Below are positions 1-11,897 of a stretch of 64,000 nucleotides of DNA, in pieces. Positions within the stretch are counted from its first letter, which is position 1, and every line of letters begins with the position of its first letter. Under the pieces are notes generated by a model. The model saw nothing but the letters and a program-made list of their open reading frames with translations. It was not told where the DNA came from and did no database searches. This stretch comes from Macrostomum hystrix (lineage: Eukaryota; Animalia; Platyhelminthes). The DNA lies in the NCBI GenBank assembly GCA_950097015.1, contig CATNEN010000001.1:24242001-24306000 (forward strand). Direction: 5' to 3'. A program made the translations under genes and the position numbers.

Positions 1-413
1 AAATGGTGCACTGGTTTATTTAAGTAATGTATTTATCTAGTTATAATCTTTGTTATAATGTATGTTAATCCCTTTATATTTCAAAGTCATATTCGCTCTT
101 TTTCGTGTCCGGCGCGGGTTAGCATTGAGCTGATATAACCAATAAATACTTTCGTAGTAAGATAATTTGAAAAAATATATTTTAAATCGTTCTGGCTACA
201 CTTGCTAGCTTAGCAGTCTACAAATTTTAAATTCAGTCTATTGAGATGATTTTTTTGTTAGGCCTAATTTACTTAAAATATCAAAAAATAAATTATTAAT
301 GTAAAAATAGAAACTTTTAATTGACTTTTACAAATAGAATCACTAAGCAACCAAGCATTTCATTTTTATAGAATCACTAAATAGTATTAAAAACAAATTT
401 TAACTTAAAAAGC

Positions 414-1129
414 TGATGTAGGGTTATTTTTCAATTATTACACGTTACAATTCTTAGAAACATTTTCCCGCGCAAACTTATTATTTTGTTTTAAATTACG
501 AAACTTTGTTTTAATGCACCAAATTTTTGTTTAACTGCACCGAAAAATAAAGGTTTTACTGAAGTCACGGATGTGAGGGGAGAAGTTTTACTATAAATAC
601 ACGAGTGGAAGAGAGAGAAAAGTAACCTCGTGCCTGACGAAGTTCAGAATAAAGAAAGCTTGAATGTGAAGTGTTCGTGTTAAAGTTATTTGAGAAAAAG
701 AGACATTGCGAAAGAGAAGTAAATAGAGTGAATAGAAAGCTGTAACTCTAGATCCACTGGAAAGCCCTATGAAACGGACTGAAGATTGAAATTGAAGACT
801 GAACTGAAGATTGAATTGAAGGTTAACTGAATGATAATTGAAGACGGATAAAGACTGATAAAGACGGATAAAGATTGATACAAAGTACTTATAGAAATAA
901 TACAGTAAAGATACCGGCCATACTGAAAGTATAACGCTACCAGATTGAACACATAACGCTACCAATTTGAATTGAGATAAAGCGAATAATTAAAAGACAT
1001 TTATAAGATTGACAAAAGTATAAAAGGCCTGTAACAACTTTGGTAACAGCAGTAGAATTAATTTAGCCCTACAACAACTTTGGTGGCATTGTTAGGAGTA
1101 ATATTTAATATAGACAGAGGCCTAGGACA
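414..1129 (+). repeat. 5' LTR (716 bp)
   Basis: Direct repeat of 4251-4991; the main difference is a 25-bp indel of an internal subrepeat unit. Confidence 0.95.
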
Positions 1130-1133
1130 ACTT

Positions 1134-1151
1134 TGGTGGCAGCGGTGGGAT
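1134..1151 (+). promoter_or_regulatory. Primer-binding site complementary to the tRNA-Leu 3' end
   Basis: TGGTGGCAGCGGTGGGAT is the reverse complement of ATCCCACCGCTGCCACCA, a eukaryotic tRNA-Leu 3' end with CCA. It lies 4 nt after the LTR end. Confidence 0.85.
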
Positions 1152-1185
1152 CTAGAAACAGCGCAAATTATCAGACTTCACAAGC

Positions 1186-1470
1186 ATGTTACTCCTAGTC
1201 GTGATTATGATGGTCATGGTGAACCAACAGCCAGCTCATCCCTCATTGTTTGAAGGACAGCAGGCAAATGAGAAGAGATCAGCTGGAAGAGGAAGAAGGA
1301 ATCATGAGACCATAACGAAGGACAACTTCCACATGTTTAACAGGTGCTACCTGTGTGGCACACCCGGAACATCAACAGAACCAAGAAGCAGAACTAGCGA
1401 AGAACAGAAGGACAAAAGACCAGGCTATCATGTGTGCAGAGTCGTCCTGAGACGCTCCGAGAATAAATGA
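1186..1470 (+). pseudogene. Possible gag remnant with degenerate zinc knuckle
   Basis: CYLCGTPG followed, after a 1-nt shift, by HQQNQ resembles CX2CX4HX4C with the last Cys lost. It sits just after the PBS. Confidence 0.35.
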
Positions 1471-1897
1471 AGGTTCCCGATAAGAACTCTGAAGGTCGAA
1501 ACTGAATCTGTAAATAGTGTATAAAAATGCTTTGTATATAAATTGCGTAAAAAGACAATAAAAAGAATAAAAAGAAAGACAAAAAAATGAGGTGCCTGAT
1601 TGGGAGAACAAATACATCACAGAAACACAAACACACACACATACACATACTCGTATGCAGTGATGCAGTAAAAGTGAGCAATTGAAAGTGAAAAAGTGGA
1701 ATAATCACTTGACTTTGAGAAAGAATTGAGAATTGATGAGAAGAGTTGCAGGAGGTACGCTTAATTGGCCAGCCAGACGGTCTGACCCAGCTACCGAATG
1801 TAAAGAAGTAAAAAGTTGGAATGTCAATTGTGCTGTCTAGCCTCATTGAAGGCTCAAGCCAAAAGAGAACATTTCCAAGAAGGAAGTGGAGAAAAGA

Positions 1898-2130
1898 GAT
1901 CAACAGTGGAGACAGTTAATTTAGTCTGCTCCTGAGATCTAGAGATGCCTCAAATTTGAGAAAGGGGAGAGAGAAAGATCAAAAGTGGAGACAGTTAATC
2001 TAGTCTGCTCCTGAGATCTAGAGATGCCTCAAATTTGAGAAAGGGGAGAGAGAAAGATCAAAAGTGGAGACAGTTAATCTAGTCTGCTCCTGAGATCTAG
2101 AGATTCCCCAAAAGTTGAGAAAATGAGAGA
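1898..2130 (+). repeat. Three copies of a ~79-bp tandem repeat inside the LTR element
   Basis: GATCAA(C/A)AGTGGAGACAGTTAAT... starts at ~1898, 1977 and 2056. Confidence 0.85.
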
Positions 2131-2274
2131 AGAAGAAATTTCGAGAAGAATCACTGTTCTGTGATAGCTATCCAAATTCACTCGTTTAAGGAATCAAGCT
2201 ATTAAGCACGTCAGATTCCCAAGGGTGATGGATATGCTGGAATTTAAAAGAGAGAAATTGAAGGAGAAAGAGTA

Positions 2275-2856
2275 GGAGAGAAATTAATTGTGCATAGAAA
2301 CAACATCACACCAGTGCCAAACACACAAATCACATTACAATCCGCAGAACAAACAAGAAAGGGAGATCACAAAACTAGCCACACCACACGGTCAAAAGTT
2401 AAGGGAGGTCAGGCCACCTCAAATAAAAAGAAACAGAATGTAATTGTCATTAATGAAGAAGAAGACGAATCCGAAGAAGAAGACAGAATAAGATGGAGAG
2501 CTAATATGCCAAATGAAGAATCTGAAGACGAAAACTATGCAGAACAGGAAGCATTCCATGACAATGAAAGCGAAAGGCAAGAAGAAGCGAATGAGTCAGA
2601 ACAAGAAGAAACAGACAGCGAAATGGACAAGACTGAAGAAATGAACATGAGTGACTCAGAGATTGAACATGAGGAAGAAGAAAGAAATGTACATACAGAA
2701 GGAGCCCATGGCTATAATTTAAGACCACGAAATGACAGAACTGAACAATTGAACAGGGGAGAGCCTACCCCAGGAAGAGGAGTGTTACGTAACACCCAGC
2801 CAGTCACTCACGGCTTCGTGCCTCGGGAGCGATACAGAAGATATCTACCCCAGTGA
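2275..2856 (+). pseudogene. pol remnant: integrase C-terminal tail
   Basis: GEKLIVHRNNITPV matches the HRN motif of Gypsy integrase C-terminal domains. An acidic tract and HGYNLRPR, typical of Gypsy pol ends, follow. Confidence 0.6.
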
Positions 2857-3264
2857 TTTCGAGAACAATAGAGAACAATGGGAGCCAAGTTGACACAGAT
2901 TTGCGTTAAAGTCAATGTTAATTGATTAGGATTTAAAATAAGAAAAATTTAAAAAGCAAATAAAAAGTGATCTGAAAAAGATATTGAAAAAGTTAAACAA
3001 CCAATGTATTCCAGAAATCGAGATCTGTAAAAAGAATCCAAACATGAAAGTATAACTGTAAATGATAAAGTCGGAAATTGAATTGAAAAGAGTGTGACAT
3101 ATGACCTGGCAGAGTAAGACTGTCAAAAGTGGCCCTCAGATCCCTGGGGAGCCCGGACACATTGATGCGGTCCAGTTTTCGCTCCATATAATAAGACCAC
3201 CTAAAAGCCCGCCAGAGAAGAATCTTAAGACAGTGCCAAAGTGTGAAAGTTGCAAACCCAAAGA

Positions 3265-4068
3265 ATGGATAACAACCTAGACGACTTCCTACAAGAATTG
3301 TTGGACGGCGGAGATTTTGCTCAAGAAAATATGGAGACGGCGCAAGAAAATATGGAGACGGCGGCACCAGAGCGAGTAGCGACGCGCCCCAAGCTGCCAG
3401 TCGCTACTGCAATGGCCACGAAAAGACCGCGCACACCATCACCGGTAGCGGTTAAGCAGGCGAAAACGGCACAGCCAGCAGGGATAACAAGCAGCGGCCG
3501 CCTCAAATCGGTAATTTGTTTGAGCACGGCAGGACCTGTTCGGACAGCGACCGAGGCATCCCACAGGCGATATTCGGCTGGGCCGGCACTGCAGCAATTG
3601 CGGCCCGCACCGCTGGAAGCCAACGCTAGAAGGGAGCCGCAGCCGACGCAGGCCAAACCGCAGCCGACACAGGCCAAACCGCAGCCGACACGGGCCAAGC
3701 CGCAGCCGATGCCTATCGTGCCGCAGTCTACGCCGCCTGTGCCGCAGAAACAACCGACGCCAGCAGAAGAAGAAAGGGAGAAGATGGTTCACGACCTGAC
3801 AGAATACATGGAGAAGGTGGCATTCCACACATACGAACTGTCATACCCGCAACGAACTCAGATATGGAAAAGTATGCTGGTACTGAAGAGTCTGCCGCAG
3901 CATCAGGCCGTCACCGCACTTCAAGCCGTCGCCCACAATGTACATCAGAGCGCAGCAACTGGCGAGGCGACTCTACATCGGAAAGTGACTAACATGGAAT
4001 TTAGATGGGCCTTCCGTCAAATCGGCTGGCCTTATTATCGAGTGTTACCCGCCCCATGCGCATTTTAA
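3265..4068 (+). CDS. Orphan accessory ORF of the LTR element (267 aa from ATG), function unknown
   Basis: Uninterrupted GC-rich ORF between the pol remnant and the PPT. Acidic N-terminus, KRPRTPSP, (QPTQAKP)n, and a non-repetitive C-terminal ~95 aa. Confidence 0.65.
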   Translation: MDNNLDDFLQELLDGGDFAQENMETAQENMETAAPERVATRPKLPVATAMATKRPRTPSPVAVKQAKTAQPAGITSSGRLKSVICLSTAGPVRTATEASHRRYSAGPALQQLRPAPLEANARREPQPTQAKPQPTQAKPQPTRAKPQPMPIVPQSTPPVPQKQPTPAEEEREKMVHDLTEYMEKVAFHTYELSYPQRTQIWKSMLVLKSLPQHQAVTALQAVAHNVHQSAATGEATLHRKVTNMEFRWAFRQIGWPYYRVLPAPCAF

Positions 4069-4250
4069 AGTGAAGGACATTTATGGACTTAATTTCTTTT
4101 TGGTGAAGGTTTATGTTGTTGTGTTAGTACCATATTTTTGTATTTTTGTATATTTTGTGCCTATATGTTCACCTATAGTCCTGTTTTTGTATATAGTCAT
4201 ATTTTCACTTACAGTATGTGCATTCATATCTGACTTTAAGGGAGGTCAGT

Positions 4251-4991
4251 TGATGTAGGGTTATTTTTCAATTATTACACGTTACAATTCTTAGAAACAT
4301 TTTCCCGCGCAAACTTATTATTTTGTTTTAAATTACGAAACTTTGTTTTAATGCACCAAATTTTTGTTTAACTGCACCGAAAAATAAAGGTTTTACTGAA
4401 GTCACGGATGTGAGGGGAGAAGTTTTACTATAAATACACGAGTGGAAGAGAGAGAAAAGTAACCTCGTGCCTGACGAAGTTCAGAATAAAGAAAGCTTGA
4501 ATGTGAAGTGTTCGTGTTAAAGTTATTTGAGAAAAAGAGACATTGCGAAAGAGAAGTAAATAGAGTGAATAGAAAGCTGTAACTCTAGATCCACTGGAAA
4601 GCCCTATGAAACGGACTGAAGATTGAAATTGAAGACTGAACTGAAGATTGAATTGAAGGTTAACTGAATGATAATTGAAGACGGATAAAGACTGATAAAG
4701 ACGGATAAAGATTGATACAAAGTACTTATAGAAATAATACAGTAAAGATACCGGCCATACTGAAAGTATAACGCTACCAGATTGAACACATAATGCTATC
4801 CTATTTGAATACATAAAACGCTACCAATTTGAATTGAGATAAAGCGAATAATTAAAAGACATTTATAAGATTGACAAAAGTATAAAAGGCCTGTAACAAC
4901 TTTGGTAACAGCAGTAGAATTAATTTAGCCCTACAACAACTTTGGTGGCATTGTTAGGAGTAATATTTAATATAGACAGAGGCCTAGGACA
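4251..4991 (+). repeat. 3' LTR (741 bp)
   Basis: Direct repeat of 414-1129, followed by TSD AAGC. Confidence 0.95.
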
Positions 4992-6101
4992 AAGCACATT
5001 ATATAAAAACAATAGCTTGCCACTTTTTACAAAAGAAAAATTTCATTTTCTAAAATTGCTTGTTGCACTTTCAAGTTATTACTTTAATTAAAAAACAATT
5101 AACAACTAGAAACCAACAGCTCATGAAGCTACATAAAAATAGATATATAACTACTGTGATATTCCAATTGTAGTCTATTATGGTCCTGTTGTGTTGCCAA
5201 CCATTTCATTGTTTGTATAGATGAATGATGGACCCATGAAAGTAAAGGCATTGTCAACATACTATGTAGTTTTCCATTCTTTGCAATTATACAAAACTTA
5301 AGGAATACTATTGCAAATATTTAACACACAATATTGTCATTTTGGCCCTTAATCATATTTTAGCTTAGCCACAACCACAAAGAGGCAAAAAACATCCAAC
5401 CAAAATTTAATCAAGGCTAGCTAGTTCACTAGGACCAATATGACTATTGGCTAATATTACATAGCTAGCAGAACATTCTTGATCTTTAACTCAGCACTGA
5501 CAGCAATTTTTAATCTTTAAATTAAATATTAAATAATAACCAAATGTTATTTTAAGTTAAAAATCGATTCTATCGATTCATTTAATTCTGATAGCAAGTG
5601 TTATATACGTCCACTGCGATAGCTTCCTTTGTAATCCGCTCAATGTATCACTACATCAGTCCGTTTTGTAAATGAATTATAATATATAAGTCGGTAAAAT
5701 AATATCGCATCTTCTATTTTATTATAAAACCAACAAGGCCAGTAAAAAACTAAAGTATACATCAGTCATAACCGTCTTTCGGTATAGTTAAAAAGGATTA
5801 GTAAGCAAAAACTAAATCCTACAGCCTGACTGTACGTTTTAATTTCAGACTGAACATTGCTTTCGTCGAAACCGCTTATCGAAGTTTTTTCTAAGCGTGT
5901 AAAATTTGAAAATTGAATTGTCGTTTTTAGATTGTTCAAAAAACATTTTGTTTTAACATATGAGTTTTGTTATATCGTCTAGTTTCGTGCAATACGAAAT
6001 AGTTGTCATAGTAGACGCATCAATTTGAATTCATTTTCTAATCATAATTTTTCAAGTAATCGAACCGATTCTCTTCTCAACTTCGTTTAAATATAAAAAG
6101 G

Positions 6102-7237
6102 ATGAAGTCCAAGACTGTTGATCAAGCTGAAGCAGCGAGGCAGAAGGCCTTTACTACTCAGGCACTACAACGAAATGTTAACGTTGGTACTCCACCACGA
6201 TCTGGTGCTTTTCAAGAAAAGCCGAGATACCAACCAACACAGTTTAGAAAGTTCTATGAGCGTGGTGACTTTCCCATCGCTCTTGAACATGATACCAAGG
6301 GCAACAAGATTGCGTGGAAAGTGGAGATTGAGAAACTAGATTATCACCACTATCTTCCTCTCTTCTTTGAAGGATTGGCAGAGACGGAGCATCCATTTGA
6401 GTTTTTTGCCAGACAAGGTAAGATTATTTCAGAATTTTTAGTAGAAAGCATACTTTAAGATGCATTAGAATCTACAAATCATACAAAAATCTGGAAAAAA
6501 AATTACATTTATTTTATGCATAAAAAATGTGCATTCTTAAAGCAATTATTGTATTTCACACATATCTTATTAATATTTTCTGTGAAGCCTTATATTGTTT
6601 ATTTTTTATATTACACTAACTGACTTTGAACGGAAATAGATCGAAAAAAGCATAGAAGCATTATGCCTTTGACGAATTTTAGATGATATATTTTGTAGCA
6701 TTGACTCGTGTTACATGTAATAAATGACAGTATCATAATTTTGTACAGGTGTGCACGACATGCTGGAGCACGGCGGATCAAAAATTCTTCCCGTGATTCC
6801 GCAGCTGATTATCCCGATCAAGAATGCTCTGAACACCAGGAATCACAAGGTGCGTTAAGTAAAACTTTTTGAGTTTTTCGTGGGAGTCCTTGAATTGTAG
6901 CACACCGTTGCCATGACAACACGTTGAAACCACTTCCCGACCGCTTTTTCAGGTGTGCTGCACTGTGCTGAAAGCTCTACAGCACCTCGTGGTGTCCGCG
7001 GACATGATCGGCGAGGCCCTAGTGCCTTACTATCGTCAGATCCTACCTATCCTGAACGCCTTCATCAACAAGAACGAGAATCTGGGCGACGGCATCGACT
7101 ACAGCCAGCAGAAGCGGGAGAACCTCGGCGACCTCATTCACGAGACGCTGAACGCCTTCGAGATTCACGGCGGCGAGGACGCTTTCATCAACATCAAGTA
7201 CATGGTGCCGACGTACGAGTCCTGCATGCTGCAGTGA
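6102..7237 (+). CDS. PACRG: Parkin co-regulated gene protein (axonemal); exons 6102-6417, 6749-6849, 6953-7237
   Basis: [50 protein letters not shown] and [23 protein letters not shown] introns keep the frame. Confidence 0.97.
6907..6920. promoter_or_regulatory. X-box (RFX site) in PACRG intron 2
   Basis: GTTGCCATGACAAC fits the RFX X-box palindrome, and the host is a ciliary gene. Confidence 0.6.
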
Positions 7238-8339
7238 TTCTTCTCAGACCAAATCTCTAATGTTCTTGCTCTCTCTCTGCCCCCAACTTCTGAAAGAGTT
7301 TCTGGCATAAACGCGAAAGTCTCTTAGCCCTGAAAAAGTCCCGACTGTCAATGAACCGAGTTGCACAGTTTTTTTTTACTCTTGCGCAAATTACTTGTGC
7401 CTTCTGTGTTCAGACTGTGTCGTAACCTGGAAGCACTGCGTTAATGTGGTCGGCTTGCTAACCCCGTCTCGGCGTATTTTTTTAAAGACTGCTCTATTTG
7501 GCCCGATATATATTTTCTTTTGATTATAGTACATTAGAAAACTGTCAGGAGAGGACTCTGCTGTACATGTACATGAAAGTTAAAGCGCTTAGTAAATGGG
7601 AAAATTATTTAGCCACGTGTAATTTCAGCTCACAAAGTCCCAGCATGCTTGTACTAAGTAATAAAAATTATGTTTTGTTTAGATTTTTCTAAAAGCAAAC
7701 GAACTGAAATTTAAGTGATTAAAGCGTAATGGGACTCATGCATTATGCGTGTTAACCTCTAGGCATTGTGCTCTACTTTCCGTTAATCTATGTAGCTAAT
7801 AAATATAAGGACTTTAGGACAAAAAATCATCTGAAAGTTACACTTTTTAATCTGAAAGTACACAGTATGGTACTACTGACAGTAAGTAGTGCAGGTCTTG
7901 CATAGAGGAGTGATTTTAACTATTTTCAAGTAGATACGCCTTTGAATGTACTCGTACAATCAACAAAAAAAATATGGATTGATCAGTTTTTGATCGAGTT
8001 AAATTCCACTTATTTAAATTGAAAATGGCGACTTAATTGATAAAGCGAGAAAATATTGATGGGATCAGTGGCGAAAACTTGATAATTTTCCTTGCAGCCA
8101 TCACGAAATATTTGTTGAATTAAACTTTTTATGCATGAAGAAATGAATTGAATGCGAACTATAAATAAAACAATTTCAACTCTTGTCGATTCTCTCAGTT
8201 TTTATCGCCGCTGAACGGAGTGAAAATTAAAAAACAAATGAATATCTGACATCAAACTGCTTTTGCTTTGTTTAAAAGAGTGAAAGATCTTTGTTAACCA
8301 TACATTAATCTGTTTGGACATATTTGCACCTGTAAGAGT

Positions 8340-10020
8340 TCGACAGATGTTAACCTGTTAGACAGATGCTAACCTGTTAGACAGATGCTAACCTGATGGA
8401 CAGAATGCTAACCTGTTAGACAGATGCTAACCTGTTAGACAGATGCTAACCTGATGGACAGAATGCTAACCTGTTAGACAGATGCTAACCTGTTAGACAG
8501 ATGCTAACCTGATGGACAGAATGCTAACCTGTTAGACAGAATGCTAACCTGTTAGACAGAATGCTAACCTGATGGACAGAATGCTAACCTGTTAGACAGA
8601 TGCTAACCTGTTAGACAGATGCTAACCTGATGGACAGAATGCTAACCTGATGGACAGAATGCTAACCTGTTAGACAGATGCTAACCTGATGGACAGAATG
8701 CTAACCTGCTAGACAGAATGCTAACCTGTTAGACAGATGCTAACCTGTTAGACAGATGCTAACCTGTTAGACAGAATTCTAACCTGTTAGACAAATGCTA
8801 ACCTGTTAGACAGATGCTAACCTGTTAGACAGAATGTTAACCTGTTAGACAGATGCTAACCTGTTAGACAGATGCTAACCTGTTAGACAGATGCTAACCT
8901 GATGGACAGAATGCTAACCTGTTAGACAGAATGCTAACCTGTTAGACAGAATGCTAACCTGTTAGACAGAATGCTAACCTGATGGACAGAATGCTAACCT
9001 GTTAGACAGATGCTAACCTGATGGACAGAATGCTAACCTGTTAGACAGAATGCTAACCTGTTAGACAGAATGCTAACCTGTTAGACAGAATGCTAACCTG
9101 ATGGACAGAATGCTAACCTGTTAGACAGAATGCTAACCTGTTAGACAGAATGCTAATCTGTTAGACAGAATGCTAACCTGATGGACAGAATGCTAACCTG
9201 TTAGACAGATGCTAACCTGATGGACAGAATGCTAACCTGTTAGACAGAATGCTAACCTGTTAGACAGAATGCTAACCTGTTAGACAGAATGCTAACCTGA
9301 TGGACAGAATGCTAACCTGTTAGACAGAATGCTAACCTGATGGACAGAATGCTAACCTGTTAGACAGAATGCTAACCTGATGGACAGAATGCTAACCTGT
9401 TAGACAGATGCTAACCTGATGGACAGAATGCTAACCTGTTAGACAGAATGCTAACCTGTTAGACAGATGCTAACCTGTTAGACAGATGCTAACCTGATGG
9501 ACAGAATGCTAACCTGTTAGACAGAATGCTAACCTGTTAGACAGATGCTAACCTGTTAGACAGAATGCTAACCTGTTAGACAGAATGCTAACCTGTTAGA
9601 CAGATGCTAACCTGTTAGACAGATGCTAACCTGTTAGACAGAATTTTAACCTGTTAGACAGATGTTAACCTGTTAGATAGAAGCTAACCTGATGGACAGA
9701 ATGCTAACCTGTTAGACAGAATGTTAACCTGTTAGACAGAATGCTAACCTGTTAGACAGAATGTTAGCCTGTTAGACAGAATGCTAACCTGTTAGACAGA
9801 TGCTAACCTGTTAGACAGAATGCTAACCTGTTAGACAGAATGTTAATCTGTTAGACAGAATGCTAACCTGTTAGACAGAATGTTAGCCTGTTAGACAAAA
9901 TGCTAACCTGTTAGACGGAATGTTAAACTGTTAGACAGAATGCCAACCTGTTAGACAGAATGCTAACCTGTAAGACAGAATGCCAACCTGTTAGACAGAA
10001 TGCTAACCAGTTAGACAGAT
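8340..10020. repeat. Minisatellite, 19/20-bp unit GACAGA(A)TGCTAACCTG(TTA/ATG)
   Basis: About 85 tandem units with interspersed variants. Confidence 0.97.
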
Positions 10021-10359
10021 TTCAATCGATTTCAAAGTCATTATTAAATACGATATTCTAGCTGCCAAGGTGTAAACACACACTCACACAGGATTGAATT
10101 GTTAACACAGTTATTTATCATCAGAAAAATCTTTAATTTGCATTTAAATATCATCAAAAATAGTTTTATGGAATCCTGGCAGCTGTCTTATAAAATGATT
10201 TCAGTCTTCAAAAGAATGCCTAAGTCTTCACGAGTCGCCTTTTAGAAGCGCATTAGGAGTACAAAAATTATCCAGCAAGTTAAACAAGCTGGGTTTGGTG
10301 AGACTAAAATTTTAGAGACTCAAAAATAGCTAGACAGCCCGAAAGATTGGTGGACTACC

Positions 10360-11285
10360 TTAAGGATCTGGGAGACTGGTAGACTAAACCTGAGGATCTG
10401 GGAGACTGGTAGACTAACTTGAGGATCTGGGAGACTGGTAGACTAAACCTGAGGATCTGGGAGACTGGTAGACTAACTTGAGGATCTGGGAGACTGGTAG
10501 ACTAAACCTGAGGATCTGGGAGACTGGAAGACTAACTTGAGGATCTGGGAGACTGGAAGACTAAACTTATGATCTGGGAGACTGGTAGACTAACCTGAGG
10601 ATCTGGGAGACTGGAAGACTAAACATATGATCTGGGAGACTGATTGACTACCGGAGGATCTGGGAGACTGGAAGACTAAACCTGAGGATCTGGGAGACTG
10701 GAACACTAAACCTGAGGATCTGGGAGACTGGAAGACTAAACCTGAGGATCTGGGAGACTGGAAGACTAAACCTGAGGATCTGGGAGACTGGAACACTAAA
10801 CCTGAGGATCTGGGAGACTGGAAGACTAAACCTGAGGATCTGGAAGACTGGTAGACTAACCTGAGGATCTGGGAGACTGGTAGACTAAACCTGAGGATCT
10901 GGGAGACTGGAAGACTAAACCTGAGGATCTGGGAGACTGGAAGACTAAACCTGAGGATCTGGGAGACTGGAACACTAAACCTGAGGATCTGGGAGACTGG
11001 AAGACTAAACCTGAGGATCTGGAAGACTGGTAGACTAACCTGAGGATCTGGGAGACTGGTAGACTAAACCTGAGGATCTGGGAGACTGGTAGACTAAACC
11101 TGAGGATCTGGAAGACTGGTAGACTAACCTGAGGATCTGGGAGACTGGTAGACTAACCTGAGGATCTGGGAGACTGGTAGACTAACCTGAGGATCTGGAA
11201 GACTGGTAGACTAACCTGAGGATCTGGGAGACTGGAAGACTAAACATATGATCTGGGAGACTGATTTACTACCGGAGGATCTGTA
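10360..11285. repeat. Minisatellite, 29/30-bp unit GAGGATCTGGGAGACTGG(T/A)AGACTAA(A)CCT
   Basis: About 30 tandem units. Confidence 0.97.
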
Positions 11286-11897
11286 AGAGTGTTATCATAT
11301 CAGGTCATAAAAGGCTTTATATGGTTGAACACTGGTGCAGGAAGTGCTTATCAAAAAAGCAAAATAACATGTTTACTTTAACTGGCTTTGAAATTCTACA
11401 CTAAGCGTGCAGCTGATTGTTTTGCCAGGTATCGCACCGAACGCCGTCTTCAAGCCCAGTTTTGCATATCGGTACACTGAAAACTTCTTCTCGCATACAG
11501 CATGGAATCCCCACTGGAGGTTAAGGGTGGTTTAAGCCACCGAAGCCTACATGGAAAACGATACGTCCACAAAAATGCGAGGCCCGCACAGGTCTATGCA
11601 CTTCCTGCTACCCAATGCCGTCTTCCTGTTGCCTTGTGGATCAGGCATAGATTCTTGCCAAACTGCTAGCTGGCCTTTCTAAATTGCGCGCTCGCAAGGC
11701 CATTGCCTATGGTCTTTCGACTCGTGACTGCCTACAAAACCCTCGCGACCGCCTCCCACCCGCGCAAGCTGCATTAATAAGTCGATCCAAGTTTCACATA
11801 GTCTTGGCTGGTCTGTTTCCGGGCCCACCGCAGTCTGCTTCGCTTTCAAGTTCAATTTTACCAGCATTCAAGTTTAGTAGCTAAGCAATTGAGAATC

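Larger units (their letters stand above)
414..4991 (+). mobile_element. Non-autonomous Ty3/Gypsy-like LTR retrotransposon, internally deleted
   Basis: Near-identical LTRs at 414-1129 and 4251-4991, both TG...CA. TSD AAGC at 410-413 and 4992-4995. PBS at 1134-1151. Purine-rich AAGGGAGG just before the 3' LTR. No RT, RNase H or integrase core ORF inside. Confidence 0.93.

Noticed and set aside
591-965. Hydrophobic minus-strand ORFs in the LTRs (also 4428-4814)
   Set aside because: Antisense reading of purine-rich LTR sequence, with no recognisable motif.
8340-11285. Possible CRISPR-like arrays
   Set aside because: Units are directly tandem with no unique spacers, there are no cas genes, and the context is eukaryotic.
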